Notes: generated from the sequence alone by a model not told the origin. Numbered from the stretch's first letter, positions 48,030-56,894 are shown. The stretch: 64,000 bases of DNA from Eggerthellaceae bacterium (GCA_963625925.1 CAVFVF010000003.1:2476-66475); one strand, 5' to 3'. Made by a program: numbers and translations.

Positions 48030-48827
48030 CTACCTGGCAGAGGCAGAGTCGGCGCCAGAAATACCCACGGTGCGATGCGCCAAGTTGGCAGAAAACGCGC
48101 ACTTGACCGCCGAACGGCGCTTTTGGCTAACCGGAATACTTGAATTGTCCAACATGAGCAGGTTTTCTTTACGCAAAGAACGAACGTAGCTCATGTTCAC
48201 CAAAAAGCTTTTATGGCACTGCACAAACAGCGGGTCGAGCAGTTCTTGCAACGAAGACAAGGAAGCATACGCCTCCACCACGCCCCTGTTGTAATCGTGG
48301 ATGCGGATCTTGCGCTTGTCGGATTCGATATAGCCAATTCGGCTAGGAAGAATCTGCACCAAATCGCCCTTGCTACGCACCAAAATGGGGCGGTTGGCCA
48401 GCGAATACGACTTTGCCAAAGCGCGTCGCAAAGCTTCTTCAAGCTGCACCGAGGTAATGGGCTTGGGAAGAGCTGCAACATGGCAGGTTTCGTAAAGACC
48501 CGGCAGTTCGTTCAAGCCAGAAACCAGATAAATTACCTGCAGCCCTGTGCCCCACATGTCTTGCAAGCCGTTAACAAAACTAACGCCAGCACCCGCTCGG
48601 CCATCAAGAGTGGCAGAGACCACCAGGGCATCGTAAGGAAATGGGGCAACGGAAGAAGAGCCAGCCTTTTCAAAGGCTGCGTTAAAGTCGTGCATTGCAT
48701 CGCGGCATTCCTGAACAGTGGCAAAGCACTCCACTTCGATGGGCGCTTCGCCCTCAATTGCGCGTGCGGCTGCCTGCACGTTTTTCAACGATGCGGTTTC
48801 GTTATCTAATACGGCAATGCGGCACAT
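48030..48827 (-). CDS. LytTR-family DNA-binding regulator with an atypical receiver-like N-domain
   Basis: C-terminal LytTR block (ILVRSKGDLVQI..YIESDKRKIRIH..CHKSFLVNMSYVRSL). The N-domain has a REC-like fold pattern, but Ser appears to replace the phospho-accepting Asp. Confidence 0.75.
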   Translation of the reverse strand: MCRIAVLDNETASLKNVQAAARAIEGEAPIEVECFATVQECRDAMHDFNAAFEKAGSSSVAPFPYDALVVSATLDGRAGAGVSFVNGLQDMWGTGLQVIYLVSGLNELPGLYETCHVAALPKPITSVQLEEALRRALAKSYSLANRPILVRSKGDLVQILPSRIGYIESDKRKIRIHDYNRGVVEAYASLSSLQELLDPLFVQCHKSFLVNMSYVRSLRKENLLMLDNSSIPVSQKRRSAVKCAFSANLAHRTVGISGADSASAR

Positions 48828-49100
48828 GAGCCTACAACCTTTCCGCTAACGCAAAGCGCGAGCAAAATGGAAGAGTCGTCGGGGTAGACGAGTAGGCGCT
48901 TCTTCCTTCAAACGGGTAAGTGAAAGGCATTGTAACAGGTTCACGGCTTGATTATTTGCTCAAAAATGGCGAATGACCTGGGGTTACTTAGGAGCCGAAG
49001 TGGCTTTTGGCGCAAAAAGTTAGCCGTTCATTACATTGGAGGGAGCGGACAAATTTTACCCAGATGGGTATTAAGTGCTTATTCAGTTTCTCTATAACAC

Positions 49101-49197
49101 CAGAACAAAACCTACTGGCCTGGCAAAATAAGGCTGCACCCCCCCCCCCCCAGAACAAAACCTACTGGCCTGGCAAAATAAGGCTGCACCCCCCCCC
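49101..49197. repeat. Tandem 38-bp unit (two copies), each followed by a poly-C tract
   Basis: cagaacaaaacctactggcctggcaaaataaggctgca occurs at 49101-49138 and 49151-49188. The C-runs are 49139-49150 (12, or 13 counting the next unit's first C) and 49189-49197 (9). Confidence 0.95.
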
Positions 49198-49364
49198 GAA
49201 AACCCCGAACGGGCCCGCCAGCCAAATCAAACCAAAAATTTGTCAGAGCAATTGCCTATACCTGGCTATTAATTGCCACTCACCCGTGGAACTGGCCCTT
49301 TAACCTGCTTGCAATCGGAAACGCTAATACGCCACGGCCACCGCGGCCGTTTTAAGGAGACCCC

Positions 49365-49478
49365 ATGCCTATCCGAATCCCCGACGCACTGCCGGCAACC
49401 GACATATTGGAAAGCGAAAACATCTTCGTGCACCAGAGCACGCCTTACGACCTCTCCAAAGTAGGCCGCCGACACTAG
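49365..49478 (+). pseudogene. metA: In-frame collapsed remnant of homoserine O-acyltransferase (metA family)
   Basis: 37-codon ORF after AAGGAGA. MPIRIPDALPATDILESENIFV matches the conserved MetA N-terminus. It is followed directly by HQSTPYDL, which resembles the MetA C-terminal YQxTPYDL. Confidence 0.55.
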
Positions 49479-49596
49479 CCCCTGCCCACCAGAGCGTCTA
49501 CGCACACCGCCGCCCCGTGGTAATCGTGCGTCATCGACGCCATCCCTGAACGTGCCGCAATCCGGCGCCCGGGCCACCCACAAAAGGCACAACCTC

Positions 49597-49780
49597 GGCG
49601 CGAAGAGGCGCCTATGGCTACGAGGGACACTCTGAACACCATTCCTGTCAGATTTGCGAAAGCAAATCTTCTTCAAATGCTTGAAGCAATGCAGCGCATG
49701 AAAAAGGGGGATTCCAAAGGAATCCCCCTTTTGAACAGCGGAATGGGTGTCCTGAGTAGCTATAGGCGCCTCTTCGCGCC
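49597..49780. repeat. 184-bp element bounded by 25-bp terminal inverted repeats (MITE-like or nested palindrome)
   Basis: ggcgcgaagaggcgcctatggctac (49597-49621) matches the reverse complement of 49756-49780 at 24/25. There is a second inner stem (49625-49645 with 49740-49752) and three internal hairpins. Confidence 0.8.
49701..49734. terminator. Bidirectional terminator between the metA remnant and hom
   Basis: AAAAA-gggggattcc-aaa-ggaatccccc-TTTT. Confidence 0.75.
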
Positions 49781-49786
49781 AGCCAA

Positions 49787-51073
49787 TTAATCCTGAACGC
49801 GGATGACCGAAGGGAAGCCGCCGGTTACAACACCTTCCAAAGCAAGGATGTCGTCGATGGCCTGACGAACATTGCGCTCCGTAGCGGTGTGCGTAACGAA
49901 CACCAAATCCACGTCATCGCGCGCCGCATTGCCGCGCTGGGTAACCGTCTTAACCGAAACGTCGTACTTAGCGAAGATATCGGCAGCAGCAGCCAAAACG
50001 CCGCTGCGGTCGGCCACAACAAAGCGAATGTAGTACTTGGTTTCCAAGTCTTCGATGGCATGCAAAGGCAAGTTGTCGGTGCAGGTGCAGCCAACAACGG
50101 GCTTAATGCCCATCTGCAAGTGGCGGGCAACCTCCAAAACATCGCCCATAACAGCACTTGCAGCCGGGCCAGCGCCGGCACCTTCGCCAAAGAACATGCT
50201 TTCACCTGCGGCGTCGCCCACGGTATAAATTGCGTTATACACGCCGTTAACCGTTGCCAGCTGGTGCGTTTCGGGAATCATGGTGGGGTGCACGCGAACG
50301 TCTACACCTTCTGGCGTGCGATACGCATGAGCCAAAAGCTTTACGGCATAGCCCGATTCGTGAGCCATCATAAGGTCAACCGGCGAAATACGGCGGATGC
50401 CTTCGGCGTAAACCTGATCCATCGTTACGCGGGAATTAAATGCGATAGAAGCCAAGATGGCAATTTTGGCAGCAGCATCCAGGCCGTCAACATCGGCCGT
50501 GGGGTCGGCTTCGGCATAGCCCTTTTCCTGGGCTTCGGCCAAAACATCTTCGTAACCCATGCCATCTTCGTCCATACGAGTAAGCATGTAGTTGGTGGTG
50601 CCGTTAACGATGCCCATAATGGAATCGATGCGATTGGCAATAAGGGAATGCTTCAGCGGCCCAATAATGGGAATTGCACCGCCTACGCTGGCTTCAAAGG
50701 CGATTTCGGCTTCGTTTACCTCGGCCAAATGCATAATCTCTTCGCCGGCAGAAGCCATGAGCGCCTTGTTGGCAGTAACCACGCTCTTGCCGTTGGCCAG
50801 CGCGCCTTCAATAACTTCTTTGGCAATACCAGTGCCGCCGATAAGCTCAACTACCAGCTGAACCTCGGGGTCGTTGATCACGTCGTGGAAGTCGGTGGTG
50901 AAAATGCCCTCCAGGCCATGAGCCTTGGCCACATCGGGGCGGCGGGAGCACACGCGCACCAGTTCCAGCTCAACGCCAAAATGACGCTTGAAGTCTTCTT
51001 TGTGGTTAGCCAAAATGTCCAGGCAACCGCCACCAACGGTACCCGTACCAACCAAACCAACTTTCACGGTCAT
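49787..51073 (-). CDS. hom: Homoserine dehydrogenase with C-terminal ACT domain
   Basis: VGLVGTGTVGGG NAD motif, catalytic domain, ACT-like C-terminus. I prefer the ATG at 51073 (GGAAGGA 6 nt upstream). Confidence 0.9.
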   Translation of the reverse strand: MTVKVGLVGTGTVGGGCLDILANHKEDFKRHFGVELELVRVCSRRPDVAKAHGLEGIFTTDFHDVINDPEVQLVVELIGGTGIAKEVIEGALANGKSVVTANKALMASAGEEIMHLAEVNEAEIAFEASVGGAIPIIGPLKHSLIANRIDSIMGIVNGTTNYMLTRMDEDGMGYEDVLAEAQEKGYAEADPTADVDGLDAAAKIAILASIAFNSRVTMDQVYAEGIRRISPVDLMMAHESGYAVKLLAHAYRTPEGVDVRVHPTMIPETHQLATVNGVYNAIYTVGDAAGESMFFGEGAGAGPAASAVMGDVLEVARHLQMGIKPVVGCTCTDNLPLHAIEDLETKYYIRFVVADRSGVLAAAADIFAKYDVSVKTVTQRGNAARDDVDLVFVTHTATERNVRQAIDDILALEGVVTGGFPSVIRVQD

Positions 51074-51138
51074 GCGCATTCCTTCCTTCGGAACAGGCGC
51101 CAACGCGCCCGCGCTTATTTATTCCGTTCATTGTATAA

Positions 51139-51179
51139 GCAAAGCGCCCTTCCCAAGCCAACAGAAAAGGAAGGGCGCT
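51139..51179 (-). terminator. Terminator after lysA
   Basis: 11-bp stem agcgcccttcc/ggaagggcgct with T-rich sequence on the - strand. Confidence 0.6.
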
Positions 51180-51274
51180 CAGAATTCACGGGACTGGCAA
51201 GCGCTCGGCTTTAGCATGGCCCCAATCAGGCCATAACGCCACAGCCGCCAACGCTGCCTACCGGCAAGCAGGCG

Positions 51275-52636
51275 CTAGTCTACGTCGCAGCTCATAAGGT
51301 CGGCGTAGGTTTCGCGGCGGCTTACCAAGCGAGCCTGGCCATCCTTTACGAATACCACGCCAGGGCGAGGCTGGCCGTTGTAGCGGCTGCTCATGGAATG
51401 GCAGTAGGCGCCGGTGCCAAACATGCACACGATATCGCCCAGCTCAGGGTCTTGGATAGAAGCGTTGGCTGCAACCGCATCGCCCGATTCGCAATGCTTG
51501 CCCACCAGGGTAACCACCTTGGTGCGCGGCTCAGCGGCACGGTTGGCAATAACCGGCTCGTAGTCGGCGCCGTACAGGGCAGTACGCACGTTGTCGGACA
51601 TGCCGCCATCGATGGCAACAATATTGCGAATGCCCGGCAGCGTCTTCAAAATGCCCACGGTATACAGGGTTACGCCCGGAGTTGCGGCAATGGAACGGCC
51701 CGGCTCTACGGCAATGCGCGGCTCAGCCACACCGTATTCGGCACACAGCTCCTTAACCGCAGTGCAGGTAAGCTTGGCAAACGATTCGATGGTGGGCGGC
51801 TCTTCTTCAGCAACATAGGCAATACCCAGGCCACCGCCCAGGTCTAGGCCCTCAATTTCGTAGCCGTATTCGTCGTTGATGCGCTTGATAAACTGCACCA
51901 TAACCTCAATGGCCTCGCGGAAGGAATGCAGGGCAAAAATCTGCGAGCCAATATGGCAGTGCAGGCCGGTAAGGCGCACGCCAGGGGTTTCGATGGCGTT
52001 TTTAACGCAGGTGAAGGCAAAGTCTTCGCGCATGGTAAAGCCAAACTTGGAGTCCTCGCAGCCAGTGCGGATGAATTCGTGCGTGTCGGCTTCAACGCCA
52101 GGAGTGATGCGCATATAAATGTCCTGCACAACGCCCAATTCCTGGGCAATCTTAGAAATGCGACCCAGCTCGATGCGCGAGTCGATTACGATGCAGCCCA
52201 CGCCGGCCTCAATAGCCTCGCGCAGCTCCTGCGGGGTTTTGTTGTTGCCGTGCACAATGATGCGCTTGGCCGGGAAACCAGCAGCCAATGCCAAGGCCAG
52301 CTCGCCGCCACCCGAAACATCCAAGCACATGCCGTGCTCGTTTGCCAGGCGCACGATTGCGCGGTTCTGGAATGCCTTCGAAGCGTAAGCCACCTGGGCC
52401 TTTTCGCCATAGTACTTCTTGAACGACTGCACGTATTCGTCCATACGTGCCTCCAGGTCGGCCTGGTCAAACACATACAGGGCGGTGCCGAATTCTTTGG
52501 CAACTTCAACCATGTCGCAGCCGCCAATGTAGAGGTGGTTGTCTTTTACTTCAGCGGTAAGGGGCAAAACCTTGCCCAGTTCCATGGTGGTGCGGCCATC
52601 GGCCTTCTTGTTCAGGTCGGATGCAGGCAGAGACAT
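51275..52636 (-). CDS. lysA: Diaminopimelate decarboxylase
   Basis: Fold-III PLP decarboxylase pattern (YASKAF, HGNNK, GGGLGI, CESGD). I prefer the ATG at 52636. Confidence 0.9.
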   Translation of the reverse strand: MSLPASDLNKKADGRTTMELGKVLPLTAEVKDNHLYIGGCDMVEVAKEFGTALYVFDQADLEARMDEYVQSFKKYYGEKAQVAYASKAFQNRAIVRLANEHGMCLDVSGGGELALALAAGFPAKRIIVHGNNKTPQELREAIEAGVGCIVIDSRIELGRISKIAQELGVVQDIYMRITPGVEADTHEFIRTGCEDSKFGFTMREDFAFTCVKNAIETPGVRLTGLHCHIGSQIFALHSFREAIEVMVQFIKRINDEYGYEIEGLDLGGGLGIAYVAEEEPPTIESFAKLTCTAVKELCAEYGVAEPRIAVEPGRSIAATPGVTLYTVGILKTLPGIRNIVAIDGGMSDNVRTALYGADYEPVIANRAAEPRTKVVTLVGKHCESGDAVAANASIQDPELGDIVCMFGTGAYCHSMSSRYNGQPRPGVVFVKDGQARLVSRRETYADLMSCDVD

Positions 52637-52770
52637 AATGCTCACTTTCTTTTGCGCGAAGTTCGGGGGCGCGCGCAGCGCGTTTGTTCGCTCGTTATAA
52701 TACCGTGCGAGCAAATAAACTAACAATGTTTCTTTTCCAGCGGGTTACGCCCGCCAGGCAGGAGGCGCCC

Positions 52771-53214
52771 GTGCTGCGCATAACCATATTCGCCGTTGGC
52801 AAGCTCAAAGAGCAATTCTGGAAGGATGCCGTGGCCGAATACCTAAAGCGCCTTAGCGCCTATGCCAAGGTTGAAGTGCGTGAATTACCCGATTCCACGC
52901 CCGAAAAAGAAGCCGCTGCCTTGCTTTCCGCCCTGCCCGAGCGCGGCCCCATTCTGCTTATGGATATTCGCGGCAAAGAAACTTCCAGCGAAGGTTTGGC
53001 CAAAAAGATCGATGACTACGCGCTAAACAGCGACTCGCACATTTCGTTCATCATTGGCGGAAGCGACGGCGTTACGCGCGAAGTGCGCCAGCGCGCCACC
53101 GAGCGCATAAGCTTTGGCCCCATCACCATGCCCCACAACCTGGCGCGCGTGGTGCTGGTAGAACAGATTTACCGAGCTTTCAAGATCATCCGCCACGAGC
53201 CTTATCACAAGTAA
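52771..53214 (+). CDS. rlmH: 23S rRNA (pseudouridine1915-N3)-methyltransferase
   Basis: GTG at 52771, 4 nt after AGGAGG. LRITIFAVGKLKEQFWKDAVAEYLKRL and the SPOUT C-terminus (FIIGGSDG, LSFGPITMPH). Confidence 0.88.
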   Translation: MLRITIFAVGKLKEQFWKDAVAEYLKRLSAYAKVEVRELPDSTPEKEAAALLSALPERGPILLMDIRGKETSSEGLAKKIDDYALNSDSHISFIIGGSDGVTREVRQRATERISFGPITMPHNLARVVLVEQIYRAFKIIRHEPYHK

Positions 53215-53477
53215 GCGAACAGGCTCCGTCCGCTTTGGGGCGCGGTGCCACGCGAAGGCCTATAAAGAACCACGTTTTTCTTCAAAATTGCGCCAACGCG
53301 TAGCCCCAGGTATTCGAGCAGCAATGCAGGGATACGACGAACCATGCGTCGAATCATTTCGCTGCGCGCCAACTAAATGAATTCCAATTTCGAAGAAAAA
53401 CGAAGCAGGGTTCACTCAGGCCCGAGCATGGCACCGCGTCCAAACAACTGCAGTGCTGCACGAGGAGCTGAGCAACC

Positions 53478-54257
53478 CTACAGGCCGTACTGCTTCTGCA
53501 GGCGATCCAAGGTGCCGTCTTCGTCCATAGCCTCCAGGATGGCATTAATGGCCTCTGTGAGCGGACGGTTTTCTTTGCTTACGGCGATACTGCACTTTTC
53601 GCCCGTAGCCACCGTTTCAAGCACCGAATAGCCCGTGTAACCATTTGCCATGAAATAGCGCGCAACGGGCTCGCTGGCCACAATGGCCGAAACGCTGCCC
53701 TGCTCCATGGCATCGAAGCATGCCTTCACATCGGCGCACGGCAAAATACGCTTGCTTATGTTGCTCGTGGTGTAGTCGTATCCGGTAGTGCTGCGTTCAG
53801 CCGCCACATTTTTTTCCTTGAGTTCACTTACGCTGTCGAAGGCACCCTTCTTGCACACCACCGCCAAATCGGAAATGTAATACGGGCTGGTGAAGTCTAC
53901 CTTTTCGGAACGTTCGGCGTTAATCGCAATGGCCGAAATGCCCACATCGTACTTGCCTTTGGAAACATCGCCCACAATCTGCGAAAAGGGAACGTTTACC
54001 ACATTGCATTCCAGGCCTAGGCGCGCAGCAACTTCCTGCGCCACAGCCACATCGTAGCCAACTGCATTGCCCTGCTCGTCGTACTGTTCAAACGGCGGGA
54101 ACCCAACCGAAGTGGCAACCGTAAGCTTGCCGCCTTCCACCAGCGTGTAGGTTTTAGCAGCGGTGTTTTGCGCTTGGATATGGGAGGCAACCAAATACGC
54201 AGGCACTGCGGCCAAAACCGCAATTACCAGTATGAAAAGCAAAATGCGCTTTCGCAT
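53478..54257 (-). CDS. Family-3 (amino-acid type) solute-binding protein, membrane-anchored, with no adjacent ABC partners
   Basis: 259 aa. Uncleaved-looking N-terminal TM segment with no lipobox Cys. SBP_bac_3-like pattern (LTVATSVGFPPFE, GYDVAVAQEVA, DVGISAIAI). RBS AAGAGGGGAGGG. Confidence 0.8.
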   Translation of the reverse strand: MRKRILLFILVIAVLAAVPAYLVASHIQAQNTAAKTYTLVEGGKLTVATSVGFPPFEQYDEQGNAVGYDVAVAQEVAARLGLECNVVNVPFSQIVGDVSKGKYDVGISAIAINAERSEKVDFTSPYYISDLAVVCKKGAFDSVSELKEKNVAAERSTTGYDYTTSNISKRILPCADVKACFDAMEQGSVSAIVASEPVARYFMANGYTGYSVLETVATGEKCSIAVSKENRPLTEAINAILEAMDEDGTLDRLQKQYGL

Positions 54258-54316
54258 TGGGCCCTCCCCTCTTACGCACTGTATAGCTTACGCCCTCTTG
54301 GCCGATACGCCAGGCG

Positions 54317-55399
54317 CTATTCCTTCACCATATCGTCGGCCGATTCCAGCTTAAGATCGCCCTCTTTGATCCAGCCGATCTTGCGAAGAGCCAGACCGAA
54401 TGCCCAGGCAAGCACCGCAGGCAAGACAAAGCAGATAAGCACCAGGCCCGCCCAGTCCATAGCGGTGATGCTGGCCATGGCGCCCGATGCCACATCGGCA
54501 ACCCAGCCGGTGTACACGCCAATGGGGCCAACCAAACCGCACGTGCCCATACCCGAAGAAATAGCAGGGCCGTTCATCTTAAGCTGGAACACGCAGGTGG
54601 CAATGGGGCCGGTAATCATGGAAGCCAGCGTGGGCGGAATCCAAATGCGCGGGTTGCGCACAATGTTGCCCATCTGCAGCATCGAAGTGCCAAGGCCCTG
54701 CGAAATAAGGCCGCCCCAACGGTTTTCGCGGAAACTCATAATGGCAAAACCCACCATCTGCGCACAGCAGCCAGCAACCGCCGCGCCACCAGCCAGGCCA
54801 GTAAGGCTCAGCGCCGCGCAGATTGCCGCCGAAGAAATTGGCAGCGTAAGGGCAATGCCCACCAAGGCCGAAACCAAGATGCCCATGAAGAAGGGCTGCA
54901 GTTCGGTGGCCCACATAATAAGCGAGCCCACGGCTGTGGCGCCTGCGCCAATGCCTGGCGCCCACCACATGGAAAGCAACACGCCCACCAGGATGGTTAC
55001 CGAAGGAGTAACCAGGATGTCGATCTTCGTTTCGCCCGCAACCAGCTTGCCGCATTCGCTGGCAATAATGGCTACCACCAACACCGCCAACGGGCCGCCT
55101 GCGCCACCTAGGCTGTTGGCTGCAGAGCCTACCGCCACCAGCGAAAACAGCACTAGCGAAGGGGCCTTAAGCGCAAAGCCGATAGATACGGCCATTGCCG
55201 GGCCTGCGGCTGCTTTGGCAAAGTCGCCTACAGATACCAGCGCTTCGATGCCAGCCTGCTGGCCAATGGTGGAAAGAATGGTACCCATAAGCAGCGAGGC
55301 AAACAGGCCTTGCGCCATGGCACTGAGTGCATCGATAAGGTAGCGCTGGACCGAAATTTCTACGTTTTTACGTTTTGCGAATGCGAAGATGGATCCCAT
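54317..55399 (-). CDS. PfoR-like / PTS-EIIC_2-family polytopic membrane protein
   Basis: 360 aa with about 10 TM segments. Gly/Ala-rich helices resemble the family usually annotated as PTS sugar transporter subunit IIC (PfoR). No EIIA, EIIB or HPr gene nearby. Confidence 0.6.
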   Translation of the reverse strand: MGSIFAFAKRKNVEISVQRYLIDALSAMAQGLFASLLMGTILSTIGQQAGIEALVSVGDFAKAAAGPAMAVSIGFALKAPSLVLFSLVAVGSAANSLGGAGGPLAVLVVAIIASECGKLVAGETKIDILVTPSVTILVGVLLSMWWAPGIGAGATAVGSLIMWATELQPFFMGILVSALVGIALTLPISSAAICAALSLTGLAGGAAVAGCCAQMVGFAIMSFRENRWGGLISQGLGTSMLQMGNIVRNPRIWIPPTLASMITGPIATCVFQLKMNGPAISSGMGTCGLVGPIGVYTGWVADVASGAMASITAMDWAGLVLICFVLPAVLAWAFGLALRKIGWIKEGDLKLESADDMVKE

Positions 55400-55517
55400 T
55401 TCAGGAGCCGCTTCCTTTCATGGTGGGGAGTTAACGGGGGGTGGGCAAAGGGCGCAGGCTGCTTGCTTTTTTGGCAGCCTCTTCGGCACCAAGCACATTG
55501 GCGCCAGCCAGCAGGCC

Positions 55518-55820
55518 TTACTTCTTTGCGGCCTCTTCGGCGTCCAGCACATCGAACGCGCACTGATAGCCGCCGGTGCCGTAGTTCAACGCCTTCGAAA
55601 CGCGTGCAATGGTGGTGGCCGAAGCGCCCGTGGCCTTTTCGATAACCGCATAGCTGCTGCCATCGCGCAGCATACGGGCCACATCCAAGCGCTGGGAAGT
55701 GTCTTTGATTTCGCGCACGGTAAACAAATCTTCCAACAGCGCAAAAATCTTGTCTGGCTCGGTAATGCCCGCAAGCACCTTCAACAGGCCTTCCACTTCT
55801 TTGGTTCTAAGATCTGCCAT
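55518..55820 (-). CDS. YerC/YecD-family TrpR-like DNA-binding protein
   Basis: 100 aa. LFTVREIKDTSQRLDVARML..GSSYAVIEKATGASATTIARVSKAL is characteristic of the TrpR-related YerC/YecD family. Confidence 0.8.
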   Translation of the reverse strand: MADLRTKEVEGLLKVLAGITEPDKIFALLEDLFTVREIKDTSQRLDVARMLRDGSSYAVIEKATGASATTIARVSKALNYGTGGYQCAFDVLDAEEAAKK

Positions 55821-55906
55821 GCGCTACCCCTTCACTGTTGCGCTTGCGCCGGCACGTGCGCCGGCTGTTGGTGTTGCTTGCGCACGTGGCGCAATGCAGC
55901 CTTTAG

Positions 55907-55944
55907 AAAACGAGCCGCACCCCGTATGCCCAAGGTGCGGCTCG
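55907..55944 (-). terminator. Terminator after ilvE
   Basis: 11-bp stem cgagccgcacc/ggtgcggctcg followed by TTTT on the - strand. Confidence 0.7.
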
Positions 55945-55967
55945 GAATTAATATCGCAGGCCAGAGC

Positions 55968-56894
55968 CTACTTGATGCGAGTGATCCAATCTTCGTACTC
56001 GGGAACCTTGCCGTAGGCAACGTCGAAGTAGCGCTTCTGCAGCTGCTCGGTAACAGGGCCCATGCCGCCAATCTTGCGGTCGTCAACGCTGGCTACCGGG
56101 GTGAGCTCTGCAGCAGAGCCGGTAAGGAACATTTCATCGGCAATGTAGAGGTCGGAGCGGGTAAGCGATTCCTCGATTGCAGGAATATCCATATCGCAGC
56201 ACAGGTTAAGGATGGTGTCGCGGGTGATGCCTTCAAGCAGGCCGTCGGACAGCGGCGGGGTGGAAACAATGCCGTTGCGAACAACAAACAGGTTTTCGCC
56301 CGTGCCTTCGCATACATAGCCCTGCTCGTTGAGCATTACAGCTTCTGCGTAACCATGGCTCTTAGCTTCAAGCTTGGCCAGAATGGAGTTCATGTAAGAA
56401 GCAGAAGACTTAACTGCCGGCGGGATAGCGTTGAAGGAACGCTGGCGCCAAGAAGAAACGCCCATGGCAATGCCGTTGCGCAGAGCATCTTCGCCCATGT
56501 ATGCGCCCCAAGGCCATACAGCGATAATCACGTCAACAGGGGCGCCCGTGGGGTCAACGCCCATCTGGCCGTAGCCGTAATAAGCCAACGGACGGATGTA
56601 GCAAGACTTGATGTTGTTCTTCTTGATGATGTCTACCGTAGCGTCGCACAGCTCATCTACCGTGTAAGGCAGGTCGATCATGGCGATCTGAGCGCTGCGG
56701 TGCAAACGCTCCATATGGTCGCGCAGGCGGAAGATTACCGATTCGCCAGCTTCTTCGTTGTAGTAGCAGCGGATGCCTTCGAACACGCCGGAGCCATAGT
56801 GAAGTGCATGGGTAAGAACGTGCGTGGTTGCCTGTTCCCACGGCACTGCTTCGCCGTTCTTCCAGATGTAATCCACGGGTGTTACGTCTGCCAT
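55968..56894 (-). CDS. ilvE: Branched-chain amino-acid aminotransferase
   Basis: 308 aa from the ATG at 56894. Fold-type IV pattern (HALHYGSGVFEGIRCY, EGTGENLF). Confidence 0.9.
   Translation of the reverse strand: MADVTPVDYIWKNGEAVPWEQATTHVLTHALHYGSGVFEGIRCYYNEEAGESVIFRLRDHMERLHRSAQIAMIDLPYTVDELCDATVDIIKKNNIKSCYIRPLAYYGYGQMGVDPTGAPVDVIIAVWPWGAYMGEDALRNGIAMGVSSWRQRSFNAIPPAVKSSASYMNSILAKLEAKSHGYAEAVMLNEQGYVCEGTGENLFVVRNGIVSTPPLSDGLLEGITRDTILNLCCDMDIPAIEESLTRSDLYIADEMFLTGSAAELTPVASVDDRKIGGMGPVTEQLQKRYFDVAYGKVPEYEDWITRIK

Noticed and set aside
49007-49303. 98-aa + strand ORF reading through both poly-C tracts, as a possible phase-variable gene.
   Set aside because: There is no RBS at a usable distance. 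The product is a Pro-rich translation of the repeats with no features. I treat the tracts as non-coding.
49210-49364. SAM riboswitch (SAM-I, SAM-IV or SAM-VI) in the leader of the metA remnant.
   Set aside because: There are only vague resemblances (ggaactggccc, aattgcc repeats). No consensus core could be aligned by eye. I kept only the observation of a terminator-like hairpin before the RBS.
52637-52770. Lysine riboswitch upstream of lysA.
   Set aside because: The leader is only ~130 nt and is shared with the divergent rlmH promoter. That is too short for an L-box, and no conserved L-box blocks are seen.
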